Shown here piece by piece: positions 43,020 to 56,704 of a stretch of DNA of 64,000 bases. The notes under the pieces were generated by a model. The model searched no databases, was not told the DNA's origin, and saw only the letters and a list, made by a program, of their open reading frames with translations. This stretch comes from Mobula hypostoma (taxonomy: Eukaryota). The stretch lies in the NCBI RefSeq assembly GCF_963921235.1, contig NC_086104.1:98890001-98954000 (forward strand), written 5' to 3'. The stretch's first letter is position 1. The number at the start of each line of letters is the position of its first letter. The position numbers and the translations under genes were made by a program.

Positions 43020-43250
43020 AAAGATTTCGCAAACCACTAGGCAGAGAATGAGGAAATCCTCTTGCGATCCCCCCCCCCTTTTATAGCTTCTGAAGGATTG
43101 CGGAAGGACACTTACGATTGGTGGTTCCGCGCCTTCGCTGAATGGTAATATAAAATTACCCAATCAGCGAGCTGTCCGGTTCTCCAATGATCAGACGGCG
43201 TCAGAGAAGCGCGGAAAATAACTGTCTCTCCCCACCCGAAATTTGAAAAG
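43020..43250 (-). promoter_or_regulatory. Orphan copy of the H2A promoter/5' UTR lacking a CDS
   Basis: Reverse complement aligns with 31005-31212. TATA at 43079-43085. gaaATG is replaced by gaaATC and no H2A sequence follows. Confidence 0.75.
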
Positions 43251-44571
43251 CCCGCCAAAGAAAAAATAATAATAAATTAATCAATAGTCTAAAGCCTAGA
43301 TCAGTTACAAATCTGTATGATCTCGGATTTCCTGCATAGCCAGTTATTTGATCTCAGTCCACTTCTGTCCATACAGAATGTGAATTAACTGTATCATGAC
43401 TGACTCTAGGAATTTGTGGTTCTTTGTGAAAACACATCAGATAATGGAAAGGTCTCTCTTCTCAAACTGAGGATGGAGTACAGAACATTATGAACAGGTC
43501 ACAAGGAAATCTTCAGATGCTGGAAATTCAAGCAACACACACAAAATGCTACAGCAGCCAAGCAGCATCTATAAGAAGAGGTACCTCTTCCTATATATGC
43601 TGCCTGGCCTGCTGCTTTACATGAACACATTGCTCTTTTCAAACTGTGGCTGGAGTCGCAGAAACGGGAGGTTGGGTGGTCTCTGCGGAAGACAGAAAGG
43701 GATGGGGATCAGAAGATGTGGCTGGTGGTGGTGTCCCACTGCAGCTGAAGCGGTGACAATTCCTCAACCCCCACAGATGCTGCTCAACCCACTGTTCCTC
43801 CGGCAGATTGTTCAATGCACCAGATTCCAGCATCGGCAGTTTCTGCAGTCTCAAGTTTCCTTTCTCAAGTGGGTACTAGTAAACTCAATAAGTGGACATG
43901 GGGTATTAATGCTTTCAGATGGCTTTCTATGACATGCATTGAGTCAAAGAGCATGGAAACAGGGCCTTCACCAACTTGTCCATTCTGTGTTTCCAGTAAG
44001 CTTGTCCCACCTGTTCCTGTTTAGCCCATAGCCTCAAAATGTTTCCTTGCCATCTATTTATCTAGATGATTTTTAAATATTGCTCATGTCCCTGCCTCAA
44101 CTACCATTTCTGCCAGCTCATTCCAAATACAATCCACCTTTTGTGTGAAGAAGCTGTCTCTGATCTGCCATATAAATCTCACACTTCTGATCTGAAACTA
44201 ATGCTGTCTTGTTATTAATACCCCTTCCCTGGGAATGCATTTTTACCCTGTGTATGCCCCCCCCCATAATCTTGTATACTTCAATCAGTTCATTCCTTCA
44301 TCTCCTATGTTCCAGGGAATAAAGTACAAGTCTACAAAACCTCTCCTTGCAGAGGATGCATAGAGAGAGTGAACCTTGCCACACCACTGGTATGGCCGCA
44401 GCTGGAGAACCATGTCCATGTCTGGTAAAGATGGAACAGCTTTAGATGGTTTGACTGAACTGGTCACAGCAGTGAGGGATCTAATCACTGCACCAACTGA
44501 AACACATTGCCTTTCTCCTTGGTGAATACAGCTGAGAACTATTCACTTCATGCCCTGCCCGCCTCTTCTAG

Positions 44572-45813
44572 TGTCACGTACTCAGTGACGGGAATAACCA
44601 GCAGAAATAGAAAACACTTTGGAGTCCAGTATTTCTATTAACTAATAATATTTATTAGTAACTATGCAATACAGTAATATAAATATGGATAAATCAAACA
44701 GGTTAGCAATTATTATATACAAGTAAGTAAATCAGTAAGTGTGGAAATATTTGTGGAAAAGAAGCTTCTTTAAGTCTAGGGGTAAAAAGATACAGTCTGG
44801 ACAAGGACTCAGAACCTAGGTCTTGACTTGGGCTCGGACCCTGGAACTAGGTGAGGACATGACTTGGCTACAGTACTGGACGAAGCTCGGGTTCTTCGAG
44901 GCGAGGACGTGATGAGGCATGTGTTTGTCTCCAATCTAGAGATTGGACAAAGACCCAGAACCTGAGTCTTCACTGAGGCTCGGACTCCGGAACTAGGCAA
45001 AGACATGATGGTGTCTTGGGAGACAGGAACCTCAGAGCTTTGGACGAGGACTGGGCACTCGGAGCCTTGGACGAGGACTGGATGCTTGGAGCCTTGGTCT
45101 AGAGCATGGGAACACAGAGCACTGGACTTGAGAGACAGGAACATGGAACACAGAGCCGGGACCCCTCCTTAGGAATAGGATGTAGGGCCAGGACTCATAC
45201 ACAGAATGCTGAATACGACAAGTTGGTTCCCAACACTAGGTAGCGGCAAACGGCCGGACCTACCTAGATAAGGTGAGGACACACAGACGGTTCCCAACAT
45301 TAGGTAGCGGCAAACAGCCAGACCTACCTAACGAAAGTGTGGACACAGAGACAGTTCCAACTCAACGATAGACAGTTCCTTATCTTGACACAGCAAGGCT
45401 CTGGTCTCGCTCTGGTGGTAGAACTTGACAAGGTTGCAGGCAAGGCTCCAGACACAGGTTGCAGGCAAGGCTTCAGAAGGAAGGGGAAGGGAAGGGAACA
45501 GTCCAGCCTCAGGGTAACAGCAAAGATGGCCTGGCTTACCCAGTGGAGGCAAGGACAGGAGGGGACAGATCTAACTGCAGGGTAATGGCAAAAACAGCCT
45601 GACTTACCCCACAGCGGCAAGGATGGGATACTGACGAGATAAACCAGCACCCACACTCGAACCCAGGGCCACTTATATCCCCAGCCCCAAGATGAGCATC
45701 AGGTGCCTATGATTAAGCCCAAATGAAACAAGGGACAGCTGGAAGACCTGGAGTCCGGAGTCCAAGGACCGGACCATGAACCAGAACACGGACTTCATGG
45801 ACCGGACCATGAC
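44572..45813. mobile_element. Composite LTR-derived sequence; 3' part related to the LTR at 54918-56704
   Basis: TGTCA start; ends ...ggaccatgaca like 56704. Shared gggacccctcctt and gcctgactta motifs. No matching TSD. Confidence 0.55.
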
Positions 45814-45829
45814 AGCGGAGACTACAGCA

Positions 45830-46430
45830 AATACGTCAAACTGGGAGAAAACTAACCACACAGATCCATGAACATGTCTCTACCCATGAAGAACAAAAAG
45901 GGCACAAATTCGACTGAGCATCAGTGAACATCGTGGTGCAAGCAAACACATGGCATGCAAGAGAATTCCTAGAAGCATGGTAAACAAACCTGTAGACCTC
46001 AATCCTATTTATGAGCCAATGCAGGCAAAATGCCAGACCACAATGCATGGAATTCGTCAAACAACCAATCAGCAACCAGATTTCCTCTCCATAACTCAAG
46101 TAAGTTTTTAAAATGATAACTGATCAGCTGACTAATAAGTATATAAAGACCAGGCATTCGGATGACACACCACATTTTACAGCTCACTGACGATGTCCCC
46201 TTATATGGTGAAAAGTTTGTAAGTAAATTGCCAATATCGGAGAACAACCCAACCCAATTCATTAATGTTTATATTATTAACATTTATTGAGCACTTCCTT
46301 AATCTTGGTTGCCACTGATAATTTGTGACTTGTCTTTGCCCTTCGAATTTCTCTACCCATGAAGGAGAGGGGCACAAATTTGACTGGGCATCTGCCAAAG
46401 TCATGGCACAAGCAAACACATGGCATGTAA
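45830..46430 (+). mobile_element. Penelope-like element of a second family (GIY-YIG C-terminus, partial tandem pLTR)
   Basis: GHKFD..SVNIVVQANTWHAREFLEAW. Segment repeated at 46350-46428. Decayed hammerhead at 46187-46223. Confidence 0.7.
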
Positions 46431-49400
46431 ACTCTGCAAATTCTCTATACTGCTGAAGGTCTCCCTATTCTTCAATGCTCTTTCCCTGTCGCATCATCAT
46501 TATCATTATGTGCTGTTTCGTATGATGTTGGTGATCATAGTCTTCCATCTCTCTTTAATCTGAATATATTCTTATTCTTTTCTCTATCCATGATCATGAT
46601 TGTTCTTGGCAAATTTTTTCACAGAAGTGGTTTGCTATTGACTTCTTTTGTGTTGTGACTTTACAAGACAGTGACCCTATCAATACTTTTCAGAGGTTGT
46701 CTACCTGGCATCAGTGGTCACAAAACAAGGAAGTGATATGCACCAGCTGCTCATATGACTATCTACCACCCGTGCCCATGGCTTCATGTGATCCTGATTG
46801 AGGTGATAAGCAAGTGTAACCTTGTTCAAGGGGGATCTGAGGTGAGTGGAGAGAAGGAATGCCTTGCATCTCCTTCCCATCACTCATTATCTACCACATG
46901 CTTCTTATTATTTCAGTAGCACCTCAACACCATTTCACATCCAGGAATCCCTGAACCTGCCAAAATTGCCCTTTACTCCCACAAAAATACAACTTAAAAA
47001 AACTGAGGTGCAAGGGAGTGCTTGTGCAGGATATCCTAAAGGTTAACTTGCAGGTTGAGTCGATGGCAAATGCAATCAATGTTAGCATTTTATTTGAGAG
47101 GACGAGAATATAACAGCAAGGATGTAACGCGAAGGCTTTATGAATCACTGGTCACACCAAACTTGGAGTATTATGAACACTCATGCTCCCCTTATTTCAG
47201 AAAAGATGTGCTGGCATTGGAGGGGGTCCAGTGGAATGATTCCGGTAATGAAAGGTGGGGATCAACACCGCTCTTGTGAGGAGGATCATGGAGGCCTGCA
47301 AGGAGAAGGCTGGGGAGAGCTTTCTGGGAACATTGTCCGTGCACCCGGTGTTTCGAGCTGCTTTTGAGGAAGTGCATGGCTGCATTGGGCCGGATACCAA
47401 ATTTAAATGAGGAACTGTGTGGTTCCCCCAGTCAAAGCCACTGGTGGTCCGGCCTGAGGAAGTAGTAAGAGTGATGGGGACCCCCAATTTTTGCAGAGTG
47501 CCTGAGGGTGAGGCACTCTTTGTGGATGCTCCGGAAGACTTTGAGGGTGAGCCGGGATTTCTTGCTGGGCTACTGGTGAGGCCCAAATTGCAGAAGCCCT
47601 TGGTTGTACAGGCAAGCAGTATTAAATTAGATTAGATTAGATTATGAGGACGCTCAGTCCTCGTTTATTGTCATTCAGAAATGCATGCATTAAAAAATGA
47701 TACAATGTTCCTCCAGAATGATATCACAAGAAACACAGGACAAACCAAGACTAAAACTGACAAAAACACATAATAATAACGTATAGTTACAACAGTGCAA
47801 AACAATACTGTAATTTGATGAAGAGCAGACTATGGTCACTGTAAAAAAAAAAAGTCTCAAAGTCCTGATAGCCCCATCATCTCATACGGACGGTAGAAGG
47901 GTGAAACTCTCTCTGCCATGAACCTCCAAGCGCCGCAAACTTGCCGATGCAGCACCATTGGAAGCATGGCAGAGATTGTCAGGAACACTACGAAGAGGGA
48001 GGTCACCTTCAAGCAGGGGATCTCCCGGCAAATCTGTTCCTGGTGATGGTAATATCTAGTGTTCCTGTGAGCAAGCCAGGGAGAAACTATTGGAAAAAGG
48101 AGGAAAGTTGATTGCTGATTCATTCAAATTCGGGGACTCCCCGGTTCTTTGTAACCGGGCAACACATCACACAGCATCAACACAAATGAGATTTCTCAGT
48201 TTGGCGGGGGCAGAAGCTGACTTCCCCTAGACAAACACGTGCAGGCTGAGCCTGAGGGTTACACATAAAATTTTCTTGAATCTTCCTCATGACTTTTCAT
48301 TTTCCTTTTGGCCATCATAATTCCCTCTTGAGCTCTAGGAACAAAGAACAATACAGGCCAGTTGACCCAAGATATTGTGCTAACCAGGATGTCAATTTAT
48401 ACTACATGTCCCCCTTCTGTATATCATCCATATCCCCCCTGTCCCTTCATATTCACATGTCCATCTAAAAGCCTTTTAAACTCCAGCAAACTGTCTGTTT
48501 CCATTACTAGCTAACCTAGTAATAATAATAACTAGCATGTACTCTGGTGTTTGACATTTCTACCATGGGGAAAAGATTCCGATGATCTAACCCCATCTAT
48601 TCCTCGCATAATTTTAAAAACCTCCTTTGGTCCCTTCCTCTGCCATTAATATTCTATGAAAAACATAAGTCTGTCCAACATTTACATTGAGCTCCTTCAC
48701 TCTAACCCAGGTAGAGTCCTGGTGAACCTCTTCTGCACCCTTTCCAGAGCATTCATCCTTCCTATACTAGCACAACCAGAACTGCACACGACGCTCTAGT
48801 GTTGTCTGATTCAAGTTTCACAGAGGTGCAGTTCGACTTCCTTACTGTTGTATTCAGCACCTCTGCTAGTGTAAACAATACAGCGTGCAGTGAGACTGTG
48901 AGAAAGGACAAGCTGATGGGGCAAAATTGAAAAGTGTTATGAATACAGGACTAGAGGTGGTAGATTTGAATGCTCACAGTATAGGGAATGTTAGATGATC
49001 TTGTAGCAAGATGGCAACAGTGGTGGAGGTGGATACGATAGGGTCTTGTAAGAGACTTTTGGATAGGTACATGGAGCTTAGAAAAACAGAGGGCTATGGG
49101 TAAGCTGAGTAATTTCTAAGGTAGGCTCATGTTCGCCACAACTTTGTGGGCTGAAGGGCCTATATTGTGCTGTAGGTTTTCTCTGTTTCTATAAGGAGGA
49201 ATACAGGGAGCCTTTTCTCGTTAACTGCCTGAGATGAGTGGTGATCCACACGTGTCAGTGTTCGGACCGCTTCTTTTTACATGTTAATAATATGGACGAT
49301 GGAATTGGCGGCTTTGTGGTCAGGTTTGTGGATATGAAGCTTGGTGGTGTTACAGGGAGTGTTGTTGAGGCAGGGTGTCTGCAGAAGGACTGAGACAGAT

Positions 49401-49554
49401 TGGGAGAATGGTCAAAGAATGGCAGCCGGAAAGTAGTGGAGGCCATGCACTCTGGTAGAAGGAATAAAAGCTTCCAGTAATTTTCAACGGGGGGAATACC
49501 CAAAACTCAAACCACCTCCCCACCCCCAGTCAGCTTCAAACCGATGAAGGAAAA

Positions 49555-50124
<570 letters not shown>

Positions 50125-50153
50125 ATCCGGCCTCGGCACCAAGCACAACAAAA

Positions 50154-50169
50154 GGCTCTTTTAAGAGCC
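50154..50169 (+). terminator. Histone 3' stem-loop (H3)
   Basis: GGCTCTTTTAAGAGCC; HDE ggaaagggctg. Confidence 0.95.
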
Positions 50170-51162
50170 ACTAACTCAGCAGTGGAAAGGGCTGTCATTT
50201 CCTATTCATTCACCTTTTGTGTTACCGACACGCCGATTTCCTCTGACCTTCCCCTGTGGGTTTTGTGTAATATTGTTCAATAATTCATCCCGGTTTGTTG
50301 CAGACTCCAACACGGCCGGACCCACCAACACAGAATCAGCAGTTCTGTGCCGTTGGATTAACGGCAGCGCGAACACCAGAGATAAACTTCTCCCTCACCG
50401 TCAGGGTGTCTCTGTCCCCAAACCCCTGCCGTGTACAGCAGGTTGTTTTTGGGGAAGGTTTCCAGGGTTTTGTGGTTGTTACTGTTACGGGGAATAGGCT
50501 TTAATAAATGTAGCCTTCGAGTCCCATTTCTAGTCGAGACCATAATCGGGTCACGGGGACACATCAGTCTGCAGACACTGGAATTCCCGTTCTTTCAGAG
50601 AACAACTTTTTTTTTCACGTTGCAAACTCGCCTGAGACCGCAGTTTGAGAAAGACCAGTGACGTTTATACAGCAGCCGACCGCGAATATAAACTGGATCG
50701 GCGTTTGGAAACTAAATGACTAGAAACATTCAAACTGCTGAGATAAATAATACTTAGGCTGTTACTGTAAAATAAATCTTAAGCTAATTAATGGATCAAT
50801 GCATATTTTTGTAGACTAAGGTTCAATAAACAACCTTTTCGTGAGCTTTTCAAATTTCAGGTCATCCGGGGAACAGAGGTACTTCCGGCGCTTCTCTTGC
50901 CGCTCTCTGATTGGGTTATTGCGTTTACTATAAGAGATTGGATATTAATCGCCAGACCCTTAATTTAACATCGGCGCTCTTCATAACCCGATACCGTTCA
51001 TTCTGTGTTCGGAGTGATTTCAATCCCGTAGTGTAATTGTCAGTAATCACCTGATAATTTCGTCCCTTTGTTTTAAACTTAATCGCATAAGAGTTAACAT
51101 TTCAGGTCAATGGTATGGGACCTGCTCTCCCCAGTCACTGCTCTCTCCGTGAGGCGGTGGGC

Positions 51163-51178
51163 GGCTCTTAGAAGAGCC
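51163..51178 (-). terminator. Histone 3' stem-loop (second H4)
   Basis: Reverse complement of GGCTCTTCTAAGAGCC. Confidence 0.93.
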
Positions 51179-51210
51179 TTTGTTTTGTGTTTGGAAGAAC
51201 GAAGAGTTCC

Positions 51211-51531
<321 letters not shown>

Positions 51532-51616
51532 TCACTCCAGTCGTCGTTCAGTAACAAACTGTGTGCTGGTGTCACCTTTTATACACAGCGCCCCGACCTG
51601 TCCGAGAAACGCGTGG

Positions 51617-51645
51617 GAGGAGAGCGAGGGAGGGGGGGAGGGGGG

Positions 51646-51680
<35 letters not shown>

Positions 51681-51692
51681 GACGGGGGAGGG
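51617..51692. repeat. G-run/(GA)n/(GACA)n microsatellite upstream of H4
   Basis: Seen directly. Confidence 0.9.
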
Positions 51693-54681
51693 GTGGAGAC
51701 AGTCATTGATAGACAGAGTAGAGGGCGCCCTCTCATCTTCATGATCCGCAATCGCTAGTTTCCAACGGTTTGGCCGCATCGGAACAGAAACTCAGCGCCC
51801 CGGAAAAAAAACAACAGATGCACAGATCCGATATCGAAGGTCGGTCTGTAACATTACCGCCTCATGCCCTGGATAAATGACGCAATCCATTCAAATTTCT
51901 GCTCAACGTTCCGAAAATTAACCGATGATATTCTGGAAAAAGAATAAAGACCAGAGTTCTGAAATTGAAGTAAAATACAGCTCAGGCAGCTTCCCTCGTC
52001 AGAAAAACAGAGATAACGTTTCAGGCAGGAACCTCTTCATCAGATAACATTCTGCTCTCTTTCAACATTTAGATAATGTGCTTTATTGCATATTTTCCTG
52101 CAAAAATGTACTTCCTCCCACAATGTCCCCTTATAGCCTCCTTACCCCATCTTCACAACTGAACGTTCCCATCTCTCTCTATGTCACCAGTAAGTTCAGT
52201 ATTCACGGTGAGCTTTCATTTTCCTGATACCCTGTGAAGGAAAATGGACATCTCAGTTCAGGACAACCACTGTTTCCTTTATCCGCAGCTTGTGTTCCCA
52301 CTCCAAAGATTCGAATGTAATTGTGAAACGTGGAATCACCTTCACAAAACCCTGTCCACTTCGCCTGATTGTTTTGGAAATGTGCATTTATTCTCCCTGT
52401 CGTTACAGCTTCAAGCGTTCTCTGGAACACGTGGTTAACTGTAGATAGGTGACCAGAATTGCACACAATACTCCAAATTTGGCCTCATCAAGTTCAAGTT
52501 AACTTCCCGACTCCCGTACCCAATGTTTTGATTTATGAAAGGCCAGTGTGCCCACAGTTCTCTTTACATGTGACTCCACTTTCAAGGAATAATCTGTCTG
52601 CCTTCCCGTATCACACTTCAAACTACAATACCCTTCCTCGCTATCCACTACACACACAATCTTGCTGTCATCTGCAAACGTGCTGATCCGTTTTACCACA
52701 TTATCATCCAGATCCTTGATATAGATGACAGACAAACATTGATCCCTGCTTTAGAGGGGATATGATTTTGGATATAGAAAATCATGTGGGGTAGAGTTTG
52801 GGTAGGTTGCAGAGAGCTTCCCCCATATCAGAAGTGGATAGATGTGCTGCACAGGGTGGGGTGAGGAAGTCCTGTTCACCCAGACAGTGTTGAGTACCTG
52901 GAGTACACTGCCAGAGAGGATGGTGAAAGTGGAGTCACGGGTGGTATTTCAGAAATGTCTCATCAAACATGAAGCTTAGAAAAATAGAGGGCTATGGGTA
53001 ACTCTCTATTCTAAAATAAGTACATGTTAGGCACAGCATCATGGGCCGAAGGGCCTGAATTGTGCTGTAGTTTTTCTATGTTTCCATGTTTTCTATGTTC
53101 AAACCATTGAATTACCAAGGCTACAGGCCAAGTATCAGAATATGGTTGAGTTCCCAATGGCTGGTAGAGAGATGATGGGCCAAATGGCCTGTGATAGTGC
53201 TGTAACATTCTGTTACAGTGAGAATCAACAAACCCCTACTACTAGAAGTATTAAACCAGGTCAATACAATAATTGTATTCACCATCTGTCCCCATTAACC
53301 CTTTCCACCTAGCCTTTGTTTATATCGATATTTATATCAACCCTGGGATCTCTCTGTCATTCTTTTCTGAAAACTAAAATGAACTTTCTTTTCCCTCACT
53401 TTCCAAATTTTGACCTGAAATCTTCCTTCTCTTCCTCTTTCCATAGGTGCTTCCTGAGCTGTTGAAGATATCCAGTATTATCTGCTTTAGTTTCAAATAT
53501 CACCCGTTTTGTCATTTAAAACTAATTAAATCAAACATGCTCTGAAAAAGAAATCAACCTTGCTGAATTAAACTTGCTTTATTTTTCGACATTTTCGACT
53601 TTTTCTCTCTTTCAAAACACAGATGATTGGAAGTATTGTCCTTTCTGTCCCAGTGCCAAATTCTTTTTTCCCTTTCCCATCTAGAGATTTAATTCCAAAA
53701 TATTCCCAAGAAGCCCCTGTGTAAAGTGACTGTCTACATTAGCTCTCTGATTGACAGTTCATTCTGCCCTGACCCCCTCCCGTCTATGGACAGGATGTCA
53801 TGTGATGTGAGGTCACTTCCCGAGACAAATTGTGTGTGACCTCACTGACCGACGTTCCTGTGGCAACGGGATTGTACTGCCCAAGTAGTTTAGTTTGGGC
53901 TGAGGGTGGAGGTGAGGCTTTACTCTGGATGGGGCGGAGGCAGCTGAACTGAAGTGGGGTTGGTCTGTACATGCTGCGGTTTTGAAGAATGAGATGATAT
54001 AATTGGCTTCTGGAGTTTGCTGATTAATGTGGAAAGACGGATAAGACAGCAAATGGATCAGGTGAGCTGCTCCTTGCTCCCTGCCATTATCAAGCAGATG
54101 TGCGAGCAGACTGGTAGGGTCTGGTGGGATGAGTGTTTCTCCACAGTGGGCATAATCTCTTCCCGCCTGCCACCATGGGAACGGTGAGTGTCTGTCAGTG
54201 CCTTACTGCACCAGCTCCATAGTGCAGGTTTTCCATTCTCATCCTCGGGCTCACATCCCTCCTTGGTCCTCAGCCTCTCACTCTCCCTGTAACATCTTCA
54301 CATCCTGACAAACTCTCACAGTTCTGCTGTCCTCCCTCTGTGGCCTCTTCTGCCTCTATATATCCGTACCCTTTTCAGATCGGAGACCTGTAACAGTGGT
54401 GTGCTACAGGGATCCCTGCCTGGTCCCATGTTGTTTGTCATGGGTGTGTATGCTGATAAATAAATTTACTTTTTTAATGAAGCAGATTGGAGGCCTGTGA
54501 CCAGTGGTACTGCTGGGGAAGGTGCTGTGTATTTTGTTTGTCGAATATATTGACAATTTGTATGAGAATTTATTTGGCATCTTTACTAAGTTTGCAGTTG
54601 ATACCAAAACTGATGGTATTCTGAAGTGAAGAAGGTTGTTCATGTTACAGTGGGACATAGAACAATTACGAAATTGGGCCA

Positions 54682-54771
54682 CACATCAAAGTTGCTGGTG
54701 AACGCAGCAGGCCAGGCAGCAACTTTGATGTGTGTTGCTTGAATTTCCAGCATCTGCAGAATTTCTGTCGT
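54682..54771. mobile_element. Short PLE-end insertion with internal inversion
   Basis: 16-bp TSD ttacgaaattgggcca (54666-54681 / 54772-54787). Fold-back acacatcaaagttgctg...cagcaactttgatgtgt. Confidence 0.8.
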
Positions 54772-54917
54772 TTACGAAATTGGGCCAGATGGTTAGACTA
54801 CACTTGGGGTATGGTCAGAGTCTTTTCCCCTCAGTGGAGGGAAAACTATATGTAAAGGGCATAAATATGTTGTGAGAGGATAAAGGTTTTAAGGTACCTG
54901 TGGGGAAACATTGTATC

Positions 54918-56704
54918 TGTCAGGGGTGGGAGCGTTCTGTCACAATGGCGGGGCTTTGGGAGCAAAGGTGGCCCCAAATGCAAGACACATCTTGTGAGGT
55001 TACTTAGATTTAGTTTATTGTTCAATACCAGGAGAGCAAGGCAGGAGCAGGAATAGCGACCTGGACAAGGACTCAGGACTACGACTAGGCTGGGACAAGG
55101 GTCTGGGCTAGGACTCGGAATCAGCTCCCAGAACTAGAGGAGACATGAAGAGGCTAGGGTATGGACTCCGAGCCCGAGACTGGGCAAGGACCCAGCACCT
55201 GGGTCTTGCCTCGGGCTCGGACCCCAGAACCAGGCATGGACATGACATGGGCTAGGGAGAGGAGGAACATGGGAACACAGAGCCTCGGTCTCGAGAGAGC
55301 AGGAACATGGAACCATGGACACATACACAGAACACAGAGTTGGGACCCCTCCTTGGGTACAGGACGTAGGGCCGGGACTCATGATCCTCCGCGGGGCAAC
55401 GGCAAGACGGCCTGACTTATCCCACAGCGGCGAGGACAAGACAAGACCAACATGAAAGAACACCAGACAGTACCTATCTAGCTCCGGTGATGGAACTAGA
55501 CGGAAGTGCAGGCGGGGGCTGTAGACCAGGGCTAGAGGCGAGAGGGGCAGAGAAGGGATTACAGACAAGGGTGTAGGACAGGAATCACAGACCATCAGGG
55601 CCAGGACTTGACATGGTACTTGAACGCCGCCGGAGCCAGGACTTGACATGGTACTTGGATGCCGCCGGAACCAGGACTTGACATGGTACTTCGATGCCGC
55701 CGGAACCAGGACTTGACATGGTACTTGAACGCCGCCAGAGCCAGGACTTGACATGGTACTTGGATGCTGCCGGAACCAGGACTTGACATGGTACTTGAAC
55801 GCCGCCGGAGCCAGGACTTGACGTGGTACTTGGATGCCGCCAGAGCCAGGACATGGACGTGGTACTTGAACGCCGCCAGGACCAGGACTTGACATGGTAT
55901 TTGAACGCCGCCGGAGCCAGGACGTGGATATGGTACTTGGATGCCGCCGGAGCCAGGACTTGACATGGTACTTGGATGCCGCCGGAGCCAGGACTTGACA
56001 TGGTACTTGAATGCCGCCAGAGCCAGGATGTGAACGTGGTACTTGGATGCCGCTGGAGCCAGGACGTGGTACTTGGATGCCACCGGAGCCAGGACGTGGA
56101 CGTGGTACTTGAACGCCGCCAGGACCAGGACTTGACATGGTATTTGAACGCCGCCGGAGCCAGGACTTGACATGGTACTTGAAAGCCACCGGAGCCAGGA
56201 TGTGAACGTGATACTTGGATGCCGCCGGAGCCAGGACGTGGTACTTGGATGCCACCGGAGCCAGGACGTGGACGTGGTACTTGGATGCTACCGGAGCTAG
56301 GACGTGGTACTTGGAACCTCCAGGTAGTGGCGAGCTCTAGACTCGGCCCGGGAACAGTAGACAGCGGCTCTTGATTCACTCCGGCGGGTTAACTGACGGA
56401 CCCACCTTGATGAGGAAACTTTGCAGGCTCACTCCGGTAAGGAAAGGCGAATTACCGACACTCGCTTTGGGCGGAGACAAGGCTTGCTCCGGCCAGGTGA
56501 CATTGGCACGCCGTGACTTTGCAGACTTTGCAGATGCTCCCGCACCGAACGGCTGAAAGCTGGAGACTATAAACTACCGGTTCAGCCGAGTGTTAATTGC
56601 CTCCAATCACCAAAGTCGAGGGACACGGGAAAACAGGGAATCAACGGTCTGGATCGTAACATAAATAAGCTAAATTTAAAGGGACCCCAATCCGGACCAT
56701 GACA
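54918..56704. mobile_element. Long solo LTR-like insertion containing a minisatellite
   Basis: TGTCA...TGACA termini. TSD gtatc (54913-54917 / 56705-56709). Splits the CR1 endonuclease coding TLYRRDR. Confidence 0.8.
55601..56315. repeat. 35-bp tandem repeat (~20 copies, some 28-bp variants)
   Basis: Unit ccaggacttgacatggtacttg(aac/gat)gccgccggag. Confidence 0.95.

Noticed and set aside
55134-56379. Long ORFs of 373, 264 and 192 aa
   Set aside because: Products of a stop-free 35-bp tandem repeat inside an LTR; not CRISPR (no spacers) and no protein homology evident.
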